Assembly (NCBI GenBank): GCA_002633005.1
Contig: NMRA01000287.1
Location: 1 to 64,000 of the forward strand
Source of the DNA: Phoronis australis
Taxonomy: Eukaryota > Animalia > Phoronida
Length of the DNA stretch: 64,000 nucleotides
Direction: 5' to 3'
Under the pieces are notes generated by a model. The model made no database searches and was not told the origin of the DNA. It worked only from the letters and a program-made list of their open reading frames with translations. This document shows positions 25,788-39,421 of the stretch, piece by piece; within the stretch, counting starts at the first letter, position 1; each line of letters starts with the position of its first letter. The position numbers and the translations under genes were made by a program.

Positions 25788-26824
25788 ATGCTTTTCTACC
25801 CTGATGAAGCGTGGGACGTTACATTAAATACAACAAGCGAAGATGAAGAAAAAGGACGAGAAAAGGAAGATAATTTTGTGGCAAATGTCACTTTGTACAC
25901 TCAGTGTGCGTTATGCGCAGTCGCGATCGTCGGCAACACGTTGTCCTTTCTGGTTTTAAGACGAAGCTGGAGGACGCACACGATTTCCTTTTATCTCAGC
26001 GTCATCTCGTTTCTAGACACCTTCTGTGTCCTGAGTAATCTCGTGGTACACTTTTCTTTTTCAAAATGGACGTATATACCATGCGCAGTAAGCGTATTTG
26101 TTTCAGCTGCTTTATCCTTTGCTTCAGTGTGGACAGTTGTGACCTTGACCTTCGAGCGTTTCGCTGCCGTTGTGATACCTTTAACGGTGAGATCTAATTT
26201 TACAGTTCGTCGAGCTATTACAGTGTCCCTAACTATAGGCGTTTCGTCGCTACTCGTCTGCATGCCGTACTTGGTTTATGTTCGACCAGACAAAAATACA
26301 AACGGAACTGATTGTTTCACAGAGCCGTACCACGACATACCCGATGATGTTGCCAAGTTTTAAACATTTTTGAAGCTTGCCTGTTTACTATCATTCCTGT
26401 ATGTTTTCTTATCATCATGAATGCTGTCATAATATGCAAGACATATGTAGCAACGACAAAACGTGTTCAGATGTCGAGCTCAACACAGGATTCCCACAAA
26501 TCACAAGCCTTGACGAAACAGCGCCAACTCACAATGATGTTGATCCTTGTATCAGTGACTTTCACAGCAGCTCTGGTGCCATACATGGTTGCAGTTTTTA
26601 GTGGACTATACAACGTTACAGAAAACTCTGTGTTGGCAACAGTTGCTTATATATTGATCAACGTGAATCATAGTGTAAATTTCGCCTTGTACTGTATTGG
26701 CAGTCCAGGATTCAGGAAAGAGTTGGTTCAACTGTTGTACCGTACTAAGCCTCCCTGTTTCAGAAAAACGCGTGGAAATCATTCGGTATTGACATCGATG
26801 TACGCTATTTCTCACACAACGTAA
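25788..26824 (+). pseudogene. GPCR pseudogene, subfamily 2 (copy A)
   Basis: Near-identical to 52554..53588 but TAC AAC became TAA AC at 26361 (stop plus 1-bp frameshift) before TM5. The remainder is in ORF 26417..26824. Confidence 0.88.
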
Positions 26825-28314
26825 GTTTAAAAAGTACACGAAGTGCTCTGTGCTCATTCTTCAGACGAAATTGCTTTTGCTTTTTTACTCCAATGAATTA
26901 TTACAGCTGATGGTGGAAAAGATGTTTCTCGTAGCCCTTTGGTCATTTAGAAATTATGACACAATTATGGACCGCTCCATATCAGGCATTACCCTGAAGA
27001 GATGGACGTAAGGACAGCAGCATTGTCCTAGCTGACCTTTGACCTCTGACAACATTGGTATTCGCGGGTCCACTGACATATGTATATATTAGTAACGTTC
27101 TTCAGTTACAGCTTTTGCATCTTTCTGTTTGTCTCACAGCCCGATTGTCGCTTACGATTTTCTGTATGACTTCACAGAAAGTGATCCGATTGTCTCACAC
27201 GACTCGAAACGAAAATTTGGACGCGTCTCCTTTCAACCAACAACTCACATGCGACTTTTTACCTTGTAAAGACCTGTCAGAACTAATGTATCTTGTGTAC
27301 TCTAACTCCTGTTGGCGAAACTGTACTTTAGAAATTGCTTTGCATTGCATGTCGTGTTAACAGTCAATTGTCATCATCTGACGGCAGAAGATCGAAACGT
27401 CACGTTTGAAAGTTATTCAGGGAGGGAATGACGTAATAATAGAATGTATTTCCTAGAATATTTGTGGCCATTTCCTGGTGCCGAAACCAGGAGAATGTCG
27501 CTAAACGACGGTGTGTGGCGCTAAACGAGGCTAAGACTGTAACATATGTAAGAATTGAATTTCTTGTTTTACGAAAAGCGACAACAAACGTATGAATGCT
27601 GCCAGAGACTGATACTTAAATAGTAGACAGGTACATGATTCAAAACTCTTTGGATCAGCTAAATAGAAAATGTGAAGAGTTTAAAGACGCGCAGTGTAAA
27701 CACGAAGTGGAACTGATTCTGTTCTGGAATGTTTGATCAAATTAGTATTTGAGAAACCAGCTGGATGGACTGCAGAACCCAATGGCCAGTGTTATAACTT
27801 GGTGAACGGACCTCATAACAGGTTGGCCGGTACCTCAACACTAGATGGCCGCAACCACAAAAATGGTTGGCTGGACCTAAAACGGGATGGCCGGTGGTCA
27901 AACTCAATGGTCTAACAGACCACCGAGTTTGAACAAAACAAACAAACGGGTACGAAAAATAAATAGTAGATGTCACTTGAACTCCTTCGAGACATTCAAA
28001 GCGAGTCTCTGAGGAAATCCGGCCATCGTGTTTGACCACCGGCAACTGGTTATTGCACAGGCCAACTAGTTTTTTGGGTGAGGCCACCGTACGGTCACCA
28101 CATTTGATAACCGGCCATTTGGTTTTGCACTACAGCAGAGTGATTTTGAAGTCCGACCCATTGTTGGTTCCCCCTTGTTGTGCCTAGGCATACAGTAACG
28201 CGAACTGCATCCGGATCAAGATAACAAGAGTTCAAGTATTGTAATGTTTAACTTTGTACTGGGATAGTTAAACGAATATCTTCTGCGCGTTGAAATGTGC
28301 TTCTTCATTGCGCA

Positions 28315-28391
28315 CTCGCTGGTTCCCTGCGTGCCGCTAGGTGGTTGGTAGCCAGCACGCGTTCTGGTTAGGCACGTAGAGAACTAGCGAG
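28315..28391. mobile_element. Tiny hairpin MITE (~80 bp, 9-bp TSD); second copy 60736-60816
   Basis: TIR CTCGCTGGTTCCCT..AGGGAACCAGCGAG. In copy C it is flanked by perfect CAACGCGCA direct repeats; duplicate B has the empty site (~54783). Confidence 0.7.
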
Positions 28392-29229
28392 CAACGCGCA
28401 TAGTTCCTTTATTAACGTGCGCACGTGCTTAGTCAACGCGTTGAATTACTTATTTACGCCAGTCTTGGTGATGTTTCTGTGTTAATTCAAATCGCATAAT
28501 TGATATTTGACCGCGCTTTGCCACAATGTCAAATCCAAGAGAGATTACAGTCATTACGTACCTCCGATCGAGAGGAGGCAGCACAGACGAAACATGATCG
28601 AAGGTGGCACACTACAGTTGTTACAATGTTTTGGCTGCCGACGCACACCTAGAAAGTGGATATGAGTTCTTTTCTCACGTCCTCATCCAGAGTCTGGAAA
28701 AACAAACGGTTTTGTAGCATTCTCAACTCACAAGCACTACTCTTGACAACTGAAATATAATTAATTCACATCCAAAAACCCGGCATAGAAAAATAGGACC
28801 AAAAACCCTAAATTTGACAGTTTTCTTCCCAAAATTACCAGTTCCGTGCAAGTGCTAGAAAAAATCTGGCTGCAGATTCAGAATGCCTGTTCTCTCTAAA
28901 TTCTAAAATGGGGTCAAAGTAGGCCCCTTATTAGATGCCCGCCTGGCAATATTGAACTGCTTGATAGCTACCAGAAATCGCATTCGGCTTCTCAGACAGC
29001 GGGCAAACTGCAGCCACCATTTTGCATAAAAGTAGGTCACAGCTAAAAACTTGGTTTTTCTCATCGGAACGAATTCAAAAGCACAAGCAAACCAGTTTCC
29101 TTGCAATACAATGCATTCCTCAAAACAGCCGCCAAACCTGACACCTCCCTCTTTATTTAACAGTGATATTATTAATATTATTCATTTATTATAGTGACAT
29201 AAGGGTGCCAATTAATACAATCTCAAAGA

Positions 29230-30146
29230 CAGAATATTCAACACACCCTCCAGCCTCAATGGGCTTACTCAGTCACCTAATAATAATTAAACCATTACAT
29301 AACATAATACACACGCTCAAATATGACCACTTCAGACTAGTTTACAGTATAAACAGTTACTTACTTCTAACCTGCAAAGCGTCTTGAAATAACTTCGTTA
29401 TTTTGGAATATTTGAGGTAGGGCAGAATTCCGTATAAAAATGGTCGAATGTGAATATTTTTTTCACAATCAAAAATGAAATGAACGCCATCTTCAATTCC
29501 GTTTTAGCAAACACGACAAACCCGTTCATTCACAGGAACTCCGCAGTACCGCCCCACCTCAATCTCTAATGGTAGAATACCTGCTCTCAATCGAGCTATG
29601 ACGGACCTCTGAGACACCGGCAGACGTAAATACTCTTCTACACAATAGTCATTCTTAACAGATCTGTATAAGCACAGTTTTGGTTTCTCAGTGATTATTT
29701 TAACCAGTTTAACTCTTCTAACTGGAACCTGAATGTTTTGATGTTTTCGAGAGACACAATTTGTTTGTTAATGAAATTTTCTAAAAAATCGCATTTCTCC
29801 ATGATTTTAAATATCGAACTTGACCAATTGCAGGAGTTCCGATGTTTAAGGTCCCATAAAAAGACTTTTTTGCATTTCTGCTTTCATCCATTAGAACTAA
29901 ACGATTCCAGAGCCTTAGAATATTTTCATGTTGTTTGTAGTGTGAATTTGGCCAACCTGAGTCGCCATAAAGTACTGCATTGGCAGCATACTTGTGGACC
30001 CCTAAAAATATACGTAGTGCTCTCGTTCTGATCATTTCGCATTTGGAGTATTGAGAGTATCCCCAAATTCCAGATCCATATTCTAGAATTAAAGCTACTG
30101 AAATTTCAAAACATTTACTGTAACTGTTGAAACCCAATATTAAGCG
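29230..30146 (-). mobile_element. 5'-truncated non-LTR retrotransposon fragment (CR1/L2-group ORF2 C-terminus)
   Basis: ILEYGSGIWG...RALRIFLGVHKYAANAVLYGDSGW...LRLWNRLVLMDESR, then LRAGILPLEIEVGRY..C..IEDGVHFIFDC downstream. Confidence 0.72.
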
Positions 30147-31094
30147 CGGTGGCGGATCTAGGATATCACAAGGGGGGCCCAACATTTTGTCTGTAAACAT
30201 TTGCGCAAAGCACGATTGCAGATGTGCATACCACCGAATGGGGAAACGTTTCTGTTTTTCCACCTAAAATCAAGCATCTTCCTTGATTCCTGAAGTATTA
30301 TACAAGAAAAAAAAACAAAAAAAAAAAAACACGAAGAAAGTGTCACATTCGAAAAGCTGCAATTACCTGGGACTCGAGAACTCGACCTGGCTGATAGATC
30401 ACGCGTGCTTTACCACTGCACCACAACAATTTCCTCCGAAATTTGAGTCCAAGAGACCTACTTGTTTATGGTCCACAGCGTTTGCGCGCAAAACCTACTT
30501 CTTTTTGTACTGCTTATTACATGTTTTATATTTTGTGCAATCAGTTCGTAATAAATTTGTTGTATTTGAAATAGTCTTCAATTGCCCAAAAGACCAAATC
30601 CGTTTTTGTGTGGGCATTAATGACGCGATTTCTTTGCAAATCGTCTTAAGTCAAGGTTTGACACAGAGAGAATTATGAGTTTCTGGGGGATTCACTGAGG
30701 CTTCGATTAAAATTCACATCTCACCAGCAGCTTCTGTTTTTTTGATCGTCTCGCATTCCGTTTTCTTTAAAAAATGAACTAATTTTCTTCATTGCACAGT
30801 GGAGCAGACGGAAACGGGGTCGTAGTGCTGGGATATCGCGGGAGAGCCTATTAGCCATAGTTCCGTTACGATTGCGCGATGTTCCTAATTTGACACTTGA
30901 AATTGGATCTGAGCCCCCCCCAAACACACTAAAACTTCACACATTTAAATCGTGTTTCAGCCGTATAATATTAATTACTGGGGTTAATTAATAAACTCAA
31001 CATTTCCCTACGCCCTTGCTGTTTTATTTTTTTTTTGCGGCAGCCAAGGGGGCGGGAGGCCCGGGCCCCCTGGGCCCCCCTAAATCCGCTTATG
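30147..31094. mobile_element. ~950-bp non-autonomous TIR element; second copy 41426-42420, 5' fragment 49378-49455
   Basis: Ends CRGTGGCGGATCTA / TAAATCCG.YTATG; the two full copies are colinear. Flanks share 4-bp direct repeats (AAGC; ACTA), possibly degenerate 5-bp TSDs. Confidence 0.8.
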
Positions 31095-31599
31095 AAGCAT
31101 CTGCGCCCATTCCTAGATGGCGTCAGCTCATTTTACATGCCAAACTCATGTGGGCGTACTTCGCAAACCAACACTCGCATGTTTTATCTTACTGATATTC
31201 AGTCAGAGTTATCTCCACATGTAACCACGTGCTATAGTTTTATACTGGCGCATACCCACTGACACAGCACCACCTATACTGAAAAGTTGCCCTGTGGAAA
31301 AATGATGAACGACACATGGAATTTCGAGTGTTGGTATCAATGCGCATGCTTGGTCGGACAGAGATTCCCTTGATTTTGATTACTTCGATAACTGCCTGTT
31401 TTGATAATTGCAACTGTTCCTGTCAAAGGTGGTCGCCATGCTACGTAACAGTAAACTGAAAGGGGTTTCAATGGGAAAGACTGAATGTTATGGGAAAGAC
31501 TGAATGTTATGGCGTCGGTTTCTTTACTTTAACCGATGCCATAACATTCAGTCTTCCTCGTCGGTTGAAAGACTGAATGTTATGGCGTCAGTTGAAGAA

Positions 31600-31740
31600 A
31601 GGAGAAGGCAACCTTTTTTCGTGTCATTTTTAGCAAAAATAAGGTTCGTTGGTTATCCCAGACATATTTTACACTTAACTGTAATTTTTCGTAATTTGAT
31701 AAATTACTCGTCCTCTACTCCGGAAGTGACGTTTTGGGTG
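31600..31740 (+). mobile_element. Solo terminal fragment of a Kolobok element related to 16748-18416
   Basis: AGGAGAAGGCAACCTTTTTTCGTGTCATTTTTAGCAAAAATAAGGTTCGTTGGTTATCCCAGACATATTTT...CTACTCCGGAAGTGACGTTTT aligns to that TIR. Confidence 0.75.
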
Positions 31741-32230
31741 TTTTCACAGATCAATAACAAGAGAGAGTGGAGAAGAATCTGTAGAGCTTTGAAACGATTT
31801 TTGATTTCATTCAGTGTTCAGATGATCTTTAGCCATCGCATACGAGTGCAATATCCCTTTAACCATTTGCCAGGAGTTAGCATGTACGATAAACGCTCTC
31901 CGTTTTAGTTCACCACAGTGAATTCTTGGACCAACTTTGATTGATACAGTGTTCACGGTGATTTAATTCGGAGGACATCCAACAACTAGAAAGATTATTG
32001 TCACGGCGTGACAATAACGGACTCTGCGCGTGCGTATTACTGGAATTATTATGGGAAGTTACTGACAGCAACCCGTTTACCAATATGAAAAGGAATTCTT
32101 TAAAATTGTAGGAGAAATTACATGTTAATTTTTTGATGACCTTTCCACTAATTGACCTCTTCCGGTGCATTATGAGCCCCGATGAGGGAGTAATTGTTAA
32201 CTCGATTAAAAGTGTGGTTAATGCTAAAAA

Positions 32231-34845
32231 TCACAGATGTTTTACTTTAAGCACTTCAGAATACCAGATGAATGAATTGGTCAAACTTTCATAAGTTTTT
32301 GAAACGAACTTGAGAAAATTAGGTATATTTTTGTGACATCTCTCCTTGTAAATGTACTGTTTAGCTAGTAGAAGCAAAATGTTAAATAGAAAATCATGTG
32401 TCTTGTAAAGTCCAAGAATAACACTATCGTAAGACAGTTGGGAAGCTGAATGACACAATTTTGAAGTAGCTTTCCGAATTCCTTCCAGAAATCTTGTACA
32501 AAGCTACATTCCCAAAAAAGGTGTGACAGCGTCTCTGGAGCTTTATTACAAAAGGAACATAGATCAGAATCCCTAACACATATTTTGAATAAAAAGGTAT
32601 TTGTTGCAATAATCCTATGTAGTATTCTAAATTGGAACCATCTAATATGGGGATTCTTTGTAATTTTGTAAGGTAAAGCATATATTTTCTTCCAATCTAA
32701 ACTATCCACTAGCTCTATTTCCCATTTACACTCTGACTTAGGTTTCTTAACGTCATTAAAGACTGAACAAATATGTCTACAAACCTTCAAATCTTTTCGT
32801 AAGTGAGTAATTGCTAAAGGCATTCAAGGAGAGTAGACATTAACACTTTAAAATTTACTTTGAAATAGAGTTTTTAGAAACCTTAGAACAGAAACAACAC
32901 CATTATATTCTACAAAGTTGGTTTTCACATCGAACCTATTTTTATATTGTTTAAACAAACAAAGTCACCATCAGAGGTATACATATCTCTAATAAATCTT
33001 AAGCCTTTTACAAACCAATGCTTATAAAAAACACCTGTGCCTCCGATCACCAAGTTACTATTAAACCACAAAGGTTGATTCAAAAACTCCTTTTTACTCG
33101 CAACAATTATTTTCTTGTAGAAAGATAACATACTTCTAAATATGTCGCGCCAGTAAGAATTACCAATTAGAGTTAACTTCGACTTAATAAAGTCATCTCC
33201 AAATGAAGCCAAATTCTTTAAGAACGGGTAGAGTGAGTACAGTAATTCACCACTTTTAGACGCAGGGCTTTCAAGATATCTACGGGCCATAGAGAGTTTT
33301 AAAGCTTTGCTGAAAGTATGCATATTAACCATTTGAATTCCCCCTTGATCAAGTCCTAAACAGGCCGTAGTTCGTTTAATTTTATCATTACGGTCCTGCC
33401 ATACACATCTAAAAAATGTCATATTCAATTCACCCAAGACTTTTACTGGTGGATTTGGTAAACTTGACAACAAAAAATTAAGTTTAGAAATAGCTAATGT
33501 TTTAATTACCGTTACTCTACCAAATGGCATTAAATTTCGTCGACTTTTTAGTAAGGACTTGATCTCAGTTATTCTTGCAGTGAAGTTCTTATGCGTCATG
33601 CTATCCAATTGAGTGTCAAAATCCACACCCAAAAATCTAAAAGATTTTTTTTGTCCAAGATAGACTTTCTTTTGTAGGAATCACGTCATCACTCCCAGTT
33701 TAACTTCCAAACCATATTGCTTTTGTTTTATCCACATTCACTTGGAGACCGGAGACACTAGCAAACAAATGTAATACATTCAGTGTGGTAGTCAATGACA
33801 AATTCGATCCGTCCGCATATTGCGAAATCAAATATTCCTTATTCCCAGCAACTACACCAGCAATATTTTTATTATTCTTGATTAAATACGCCAAAATCTC
33901 CGCGCACAATATAAAAATGTAGGGAGACAAAGTGTCACCTTGTCTGCAACCACGCGAAATATTGAACCAAGAAGATGGGTGACCATTTACGACATCACAG
34001 GACTTAATATTACTGTAAAAGACTTTCATCCACCTTCTGATCGACCAACCAAAATTAAGGAAAGATAAAATTTTTTGAATAAAATTCCACGAAAATGAAT
34101 CAAATGCTTTCTCAAAATCAATCAGTAAAAGCAATCCAGGTTTAAATCATATAGCACTCGGATATTTTCGTTCAAATTTCTTCCAGAAACGAAACCTGTC
34201 TGGTCCTTACTAATTACTTTTCCCAAAACGGATTTTAACTGTTCAGCTACTGCCGAAGAAGCCGATTTATATGTCACATTGAGTAAGGATGTGGGTATCC
34301 AGTTTTTCAAATAATGTTTACTTTTATCTGCTCCCTTAGGAATGCAGGTAGTCACTCCCTCTTTCTGTGTTGAGGATAACTGACCAACAGCAAAACCAGT
34401 ATTAAGTGAGCGAACAACGAAATGTCCAATGTCGGCCCAAAAAAATTTCAAAAATTCCACTGAAAAACCATCAGAGCCTGGGCTTTTGTTGTTTTTAATT
34501 TTTTTTCAAGCATTGTGTGACTTCTTCATATGTAAGAAGACATTCTAATTTTTCTTTTTCTGTCTCATTCAGCTTGGAGACACAAACATTATCAAGAAGA
34601 GTTTTTAAAGAAGTATTGTTAGACCGTCTATATTTGTATAGATTTTCATAAAAAGTTTTGGTTTCCTGAATAACCTCTTCTTCACTATTGGTTTTAGTAT
34701 TGTCAGATTTCCACAAAAAGGCATAAACTAACTTGTGTAACGCCTATTTTCCAAGGGAAGAAAATATTTGGAAGGCTTTTCACCTTCTTCAATCCATCTT
34801 GCTCTCGACCTAGTCATAAGACCTCTTAACTTATTTTGCCTTAAA
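32231..34845 (-). mobile_element. Degraded 5'-truncated L1/Tx1-clade LINE ORF2 (reverse transcriptase + zf-RVT)
   Basis: Frameshifted ORFs with RT motifs NWIPTSLLNVTYK, LLLIDFEKAFDS, GCRQGDTLSPYIF, QYADG, GGIQMVN and the zinc finger CSFCNKAPETLSHLFWEC. Confidence 0.92.
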
Positions 34846-36061
34846 AACCTTGCTGGCGTATGTTCAGTGAGTTCAAATGTTCACCACAGATTTACACAGC
34901 TCTGCCAAGTTCTACGATAAGTCCTCGTCTCACCGCGTTCAGCCAATAACCAGCCTTTCCTCTGGCTGGCCCTGATATTCTCCTACTCATTGGAGCCATG
35001 GTCAACAAGATTCCCAGTGGCCTATTAGGGACTCAGCTAAGTTCCCCAAATCTTTTGTGTATTTGTTTTGTTCATAACTCACATATGTAATGATTTTCTA
35101 TCGTTTTACCTTTATTATACATGAGCGGCGCACCATAGCGGGCCTGGGGGTGCTATAGCCCCCCACTTTTTTCAGTGATTCGCCGCCGGTGGTGGTATAT
35201 GGGCGGTGCATCACAAGGGGGCTGGGGGTTATAGCCCCACGTTTTTCAGCGTTCCGCAGTCCATGTTATAAACACCTCGGGACATTTTCTTATAATATAA
35301 CTAAGAACTGAATCCTTAAATCAATCAAAATAATAAGGGAGTTAGTCCTTAAATTAGGGGCGTTGCATGTTAAGATCCCTATTTATTTTAAATATTACTG
35401 AGAATTCGCCATAGAGCACTCTCGATTTGAGCCAAAGACAAAAGTTGGCTTAGCACTGATACTCGAACAGCATAAGAAAGGACAATCGGTGTTTGCACGA
35501 GCCCACAACTAGGTAGTGAAATTAGGTAACTTGGGTGAGTCCCTATTTGGTACTGTTTCATGCAACCGGACAGACCAGGAATGCGCTCACGTAAATCTAC
35601 AGATCGGCTCATGAACCTCCCGAGAGGAACTGTACATGGGCGGCGCACCACAGGGGCCTGGGGGGAACTATAACAACAGTGATATATATTTATTGAAGGA
35701 TACACAGAACATACAAAGAAATAATAACAAACCCAGAAACCGCGAAGCATTATATCTGGGTTGTAAACAATTCATAAATGAAACTTATATACATAGAGGT
35801 ATATACAATTAAGTAGTATCTAAAATAAGGAACTATAGCAACTATGTATTTCAGTGCTGCACCGTCCATGGATCAGTACTCCTACTGTGTTATAGTGGTA
35901 ACTTTAAAGGTAAGCATACGTTCAAGATGTATTGGTATAAAGTTTTGAAGTGCACCAATGAGCGTTTAAAATCTGGTACCCTCATATTTATCTGGCCGTG
36001 AATTGATGAAGGTTTTAGCAAGAACATGAAATTAAATACAGCGACACTACTTTTTTCTACA

Positions 36062-36117
36062 ATGAATATGTATGAATATGTATGAATATGTATGAATATG
36101 TATGAATATGTATGAAT
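36062..36117. repeat. 10-bp tandem repeat (ATGAATATGT)n
   Basis: About 5.5 perfect units. Confidence 0.9.
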
Positions 36118-38077
36118 AAGTATGGATTTCAATTTCAAAAACGTTATATTTTATGTTATGTAAATTAGAATTTTCAAATTATTGACTTCTGGATATGAGC
36201 TCATGAGATATGTATGATAAGTGACACAATGAGCATAAAATGATCTGAAAATTGCAATTTCTATTGGGCACACACTATTTTAGCAGATGAAACGTTTCAA
36301 CAACTCATTCAATAAAAAGGCTTTCAATTTATACCGCACAACAACATTCATTCTGCAAAGGGACACATTCATTTTTATGGCCAAAAAACCCAGCATTTGG
36401 GGGTTATCCTGGAATAGCTTTGGTTTTTAAATGACTTTGACTAAACAGAGCTAGAAGCAACAAAACAGGATTCCTAACAAAGCCTGTCAGGCGCGGCTAC
36501 CTCTTCAGATGTTTCGTTATTACGTAGACGCTGTGAAAATGGCCTACGCGGGCAGTACCGCAGTGCAGTCGTAAAAAAGCCATGGGTGAGTTAATCTCCT
36601 GATTGTATCTCAAAAAAGGCGAATCACACTGGGAGATTATGGGCAACCTGTCTAGAGTAAGGATCTAGGAACGAAATCAAACGCTTGACAAGCACGTCGG
36701 ATGTAATGAGTCGAACCGAATTCCCAGAAATGTCGAGCCTTGGTGGGCATGCAATCATACCCCGTCTTCCAGAAATAGCTTGGCATTCACGCTTAATTTT
36801 GACAGATTTAAAACGTAAACATAAAATCGGTTTTGAAAAGCTTATGACGTAAACAGTCTTTAATTAGTAATTAACCGAGTGAAATTCCTTGCACAGTAAG
36901 TATCACAAAGTGTCCACGATTGCCTTGCCATCGTGCGTCCACGTTCTACTACAGCTTAACCGATCATATACGTATACGCTACGTTAAAAATGAAAATAGA
37001 GTGTACTGGCACTACGTGCGTCTACGCCCTTCTTCACCAACCACCCGCTGTAGGTGTTCACCTATCGCAAGCTTTCAAATGACGGCTCTTTTGTTCTCCT
37101 CATATCCGTGTGGGACAACAGTAATTCGGGTCACTACTCATATACGCCATAGGCCTTACATACATGCAATATGTGTGCGTTGTAAACGTGCTATTGGAGC
37201 TAAACGTTTATTAACAAACTAAATTGTAGTTCTTCGCGAACAGGTGGATGGAACTAAAACGAGTTCGTAAGAATTACCCACAGGTCGACTTATAGTACTA
37301 AAGGTGAGGGTTTGGTTTGATTGTAAATGGTACGAGGCACGGCATATAGCTACTCTGTATAGACTGATATCTCGGAAGCGACTTTTCCTCATCTTAGGTA
37401 TTCATTTCTACAGAAAACCACTGACATCCGTAATGTGTAAGTCCATTTTAGAAGAGATAACGTAATGTTTTTCTCAGTAAGGTGATGTATATAATGTGAT
37501 GTGAACGATTGAAGGCTATGCACTAGCATGTCACAAGATAAACGCAACCCTCGCTCGTTTTTAGGTCATGTATCAAAAGCGCAGACAAGTGTACCGTTCA
37601 GGTCAAAATGTCCCCTTTGATAAGCACGCTATTGTTAAAGCAGTGCGTTAATTGCATATCAATGCAGGTGGGTGTTGTGTATAGGTTAGTAAGAGCCTGG
37701 AAATGTCTTAATTTCAGGGACTAAACTCTAAACACCGTATCTGGGAAGTGGCTGATAGGATTCGGTAATTCTCCGTATGAAATCGTTAATTAACTGTCTT
37801 TAAGCAGTTTCGTCCCAACGTGTGCTCCGTGTCATGTTTTGATAAGAATCCTTTTTTAGTGAATTTGGTAAATTCCCGAGGACGAAACAGCCAATGTCGT
37901 CTGCAAAGCCAAAATGTCGTCATATACGATAAAAAACGAGATGTCCACAGTGTGTAACATCATGCGTTCCAGTGTTGTATTTATCTATTTCTCCTAGAAG
38001 ATGGCGGTTCTGTTTTATTTGTCTTAAGCTCGTTTAATTATTGTATTGATATTTCCATTTTTCAATTACTCATTCAA

Positions 38078-38404
38078 GGCCTGGGCTGTAATCTTTTTAC
38101 TCGAAATGGAACTCGAAATTATGTTTGGCATTTTCCACGCTTGTCCTAATTTGCAGTTCATAAACCAATATTAAGGCTGAAAGTTCGAGTTCGAACTCGA
38201 AATTTCGAAGAGTTTTTACTCGAGTTTGTAGCACGAATATACGGGTCAATAAGTGCAAACTTGGACTAGATACTCATATGCATAAACTATAATTTATTCT
38301 AGCACAGTTTAATAACCAGCTATCTTGAGTTCGCACAAAGATGCGGAGAAATTGCCAAAAACAATTTCGAGTTCGTTTCGAGTACACAAATTATCTTCCA
38401 GGCC
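38078..38404. mobile_element. PIF/Harbinger-like MITE (older copy, opposite orientation to 39021-39421)
   Basis: GGCCTGG...CCAGGCC ends, flanks CAA/CAG; the interior is the reverse complement of the 39-kb copy. Confidence 0.65.
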
Positions 38405-39020
38405 CAGGGCTCAGAAACGCCAAATTTCACCAATGGCTCAACTCGAGAATAGACCAGTGAAATCGCAGTTTGTAAATTTACTCAATGTGTGCCATGCAAT
38501 TGGTCCCTTGGCGATGTGAGTCTCGAGTAAGGTCTCGTGGTGGATTTCCGTTTTTTTATTTCGGCTTCCTCTTATTTGATTACCAGTTTCCTTTTCTCGC
38601 CTTTTTATCATTAATTTTTACTTTATTCGTGCACAAAATCTTGCAATTAAATTTTCAACACAAACATTTTGCTACCACATAAGCCCATTTATTTGTAGAA
38701 TGTTACGTCACCGGGAAAATTTCCTCTTTTTTGTCATTGCTCATTACAAGCACTGGAACTTCTACTTTCAGTGATAACGAAACATGTCTTACGGCAATTT
38801 GCGTCGTGGGGGCATCGTACTCTTGACACTTGGAATTTTATCTCTGATGGTAGGGATTGCAGCGGTCATTATATACGTAGAGGGTTTACGAAGTGAGTAT
38901 AGGATGTGTGGGATCGCAATACAACGATTCATCTGACTTGAGCTCAGTGTCATTATACAGTTAGACTGTTGCCGGCTCCAAATGAGACTGCCTAGAAATT
39001 AAGTATTTGTGATAGGCCAG

Positions 39021-39421
39021 GGCCCGGTCTCTAATCTTTGTACTCGAAACGAACTCGAAACTATTTTTGGCAATTTCTCTGCTGCTTTTGTGCGAACTTA
39101 AGATAATTGGTTATCAGACTGTGCTCGAATACATTATAGTTTATGCATAGGAATTTCTAGTTCAAGTTTGCCCTTGAAGACCGTTATATTCGTGCTACAA
39201 ACTCGAGTAAAAACTCGAAATTTCGAGTTCAAACTCGAACTTATTGCTTTAATATTGGGTTTACAAACTGTGAACTAAGGGCAATAAATTATCTACGTAA
39301 GTTATTGTGTACTTGAGCATAGAATAACAGACACTTATCTTGAGTTCGCCCAAAAGTGGAGTAGAAAATGCCAAACCTAATTTCGAGTTTCATTCCGAGT
39401 AAAAAGATTGGAGACCGGGCC
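39021..39421. mobile_element. PIF/Harbinger-like MITE
   Basis: CAG|GGCCCGGTCTCTAATCTTTGTACTCG ... CGAGTAAAAAGATTGGAGACCGGGCC|CAG: TIR with 3-bp CWG TSD. Related fragment at ~4335-4520. Confidence 0.75.

Larger units (their letters stand above)
24457..29065 (+). repeat. Segmental duplicate A (Academ end + GPCR + 3' flank); paralogous to ~52210-55462 (B) and ~56443-61090 (C)
   Basis: Long colinear near-identity, e.g. CTCGAGGAAACTTTGTCCAAAA at 24458/56445 and CTTGG.TTTTCTCAT at ~29050/55448. Confidence 0.92.

Noticed and set aside
26830-28700. Short ORFs recurring downstream of each subfamily-2 GPCR (also 53.6-55.1 kb and 58.8-61.1 kb)
   Set aside because: Recurrence is explained by the segmental duplication. 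Frames are not preserved between copies and I recognise no domain.
30366-30424. Possible tRNA gene
   Set aside because: No complete cloverleaf or acceptor stem, degenerate B box, and it lies in a repeated element; reported only as tRNA-like.
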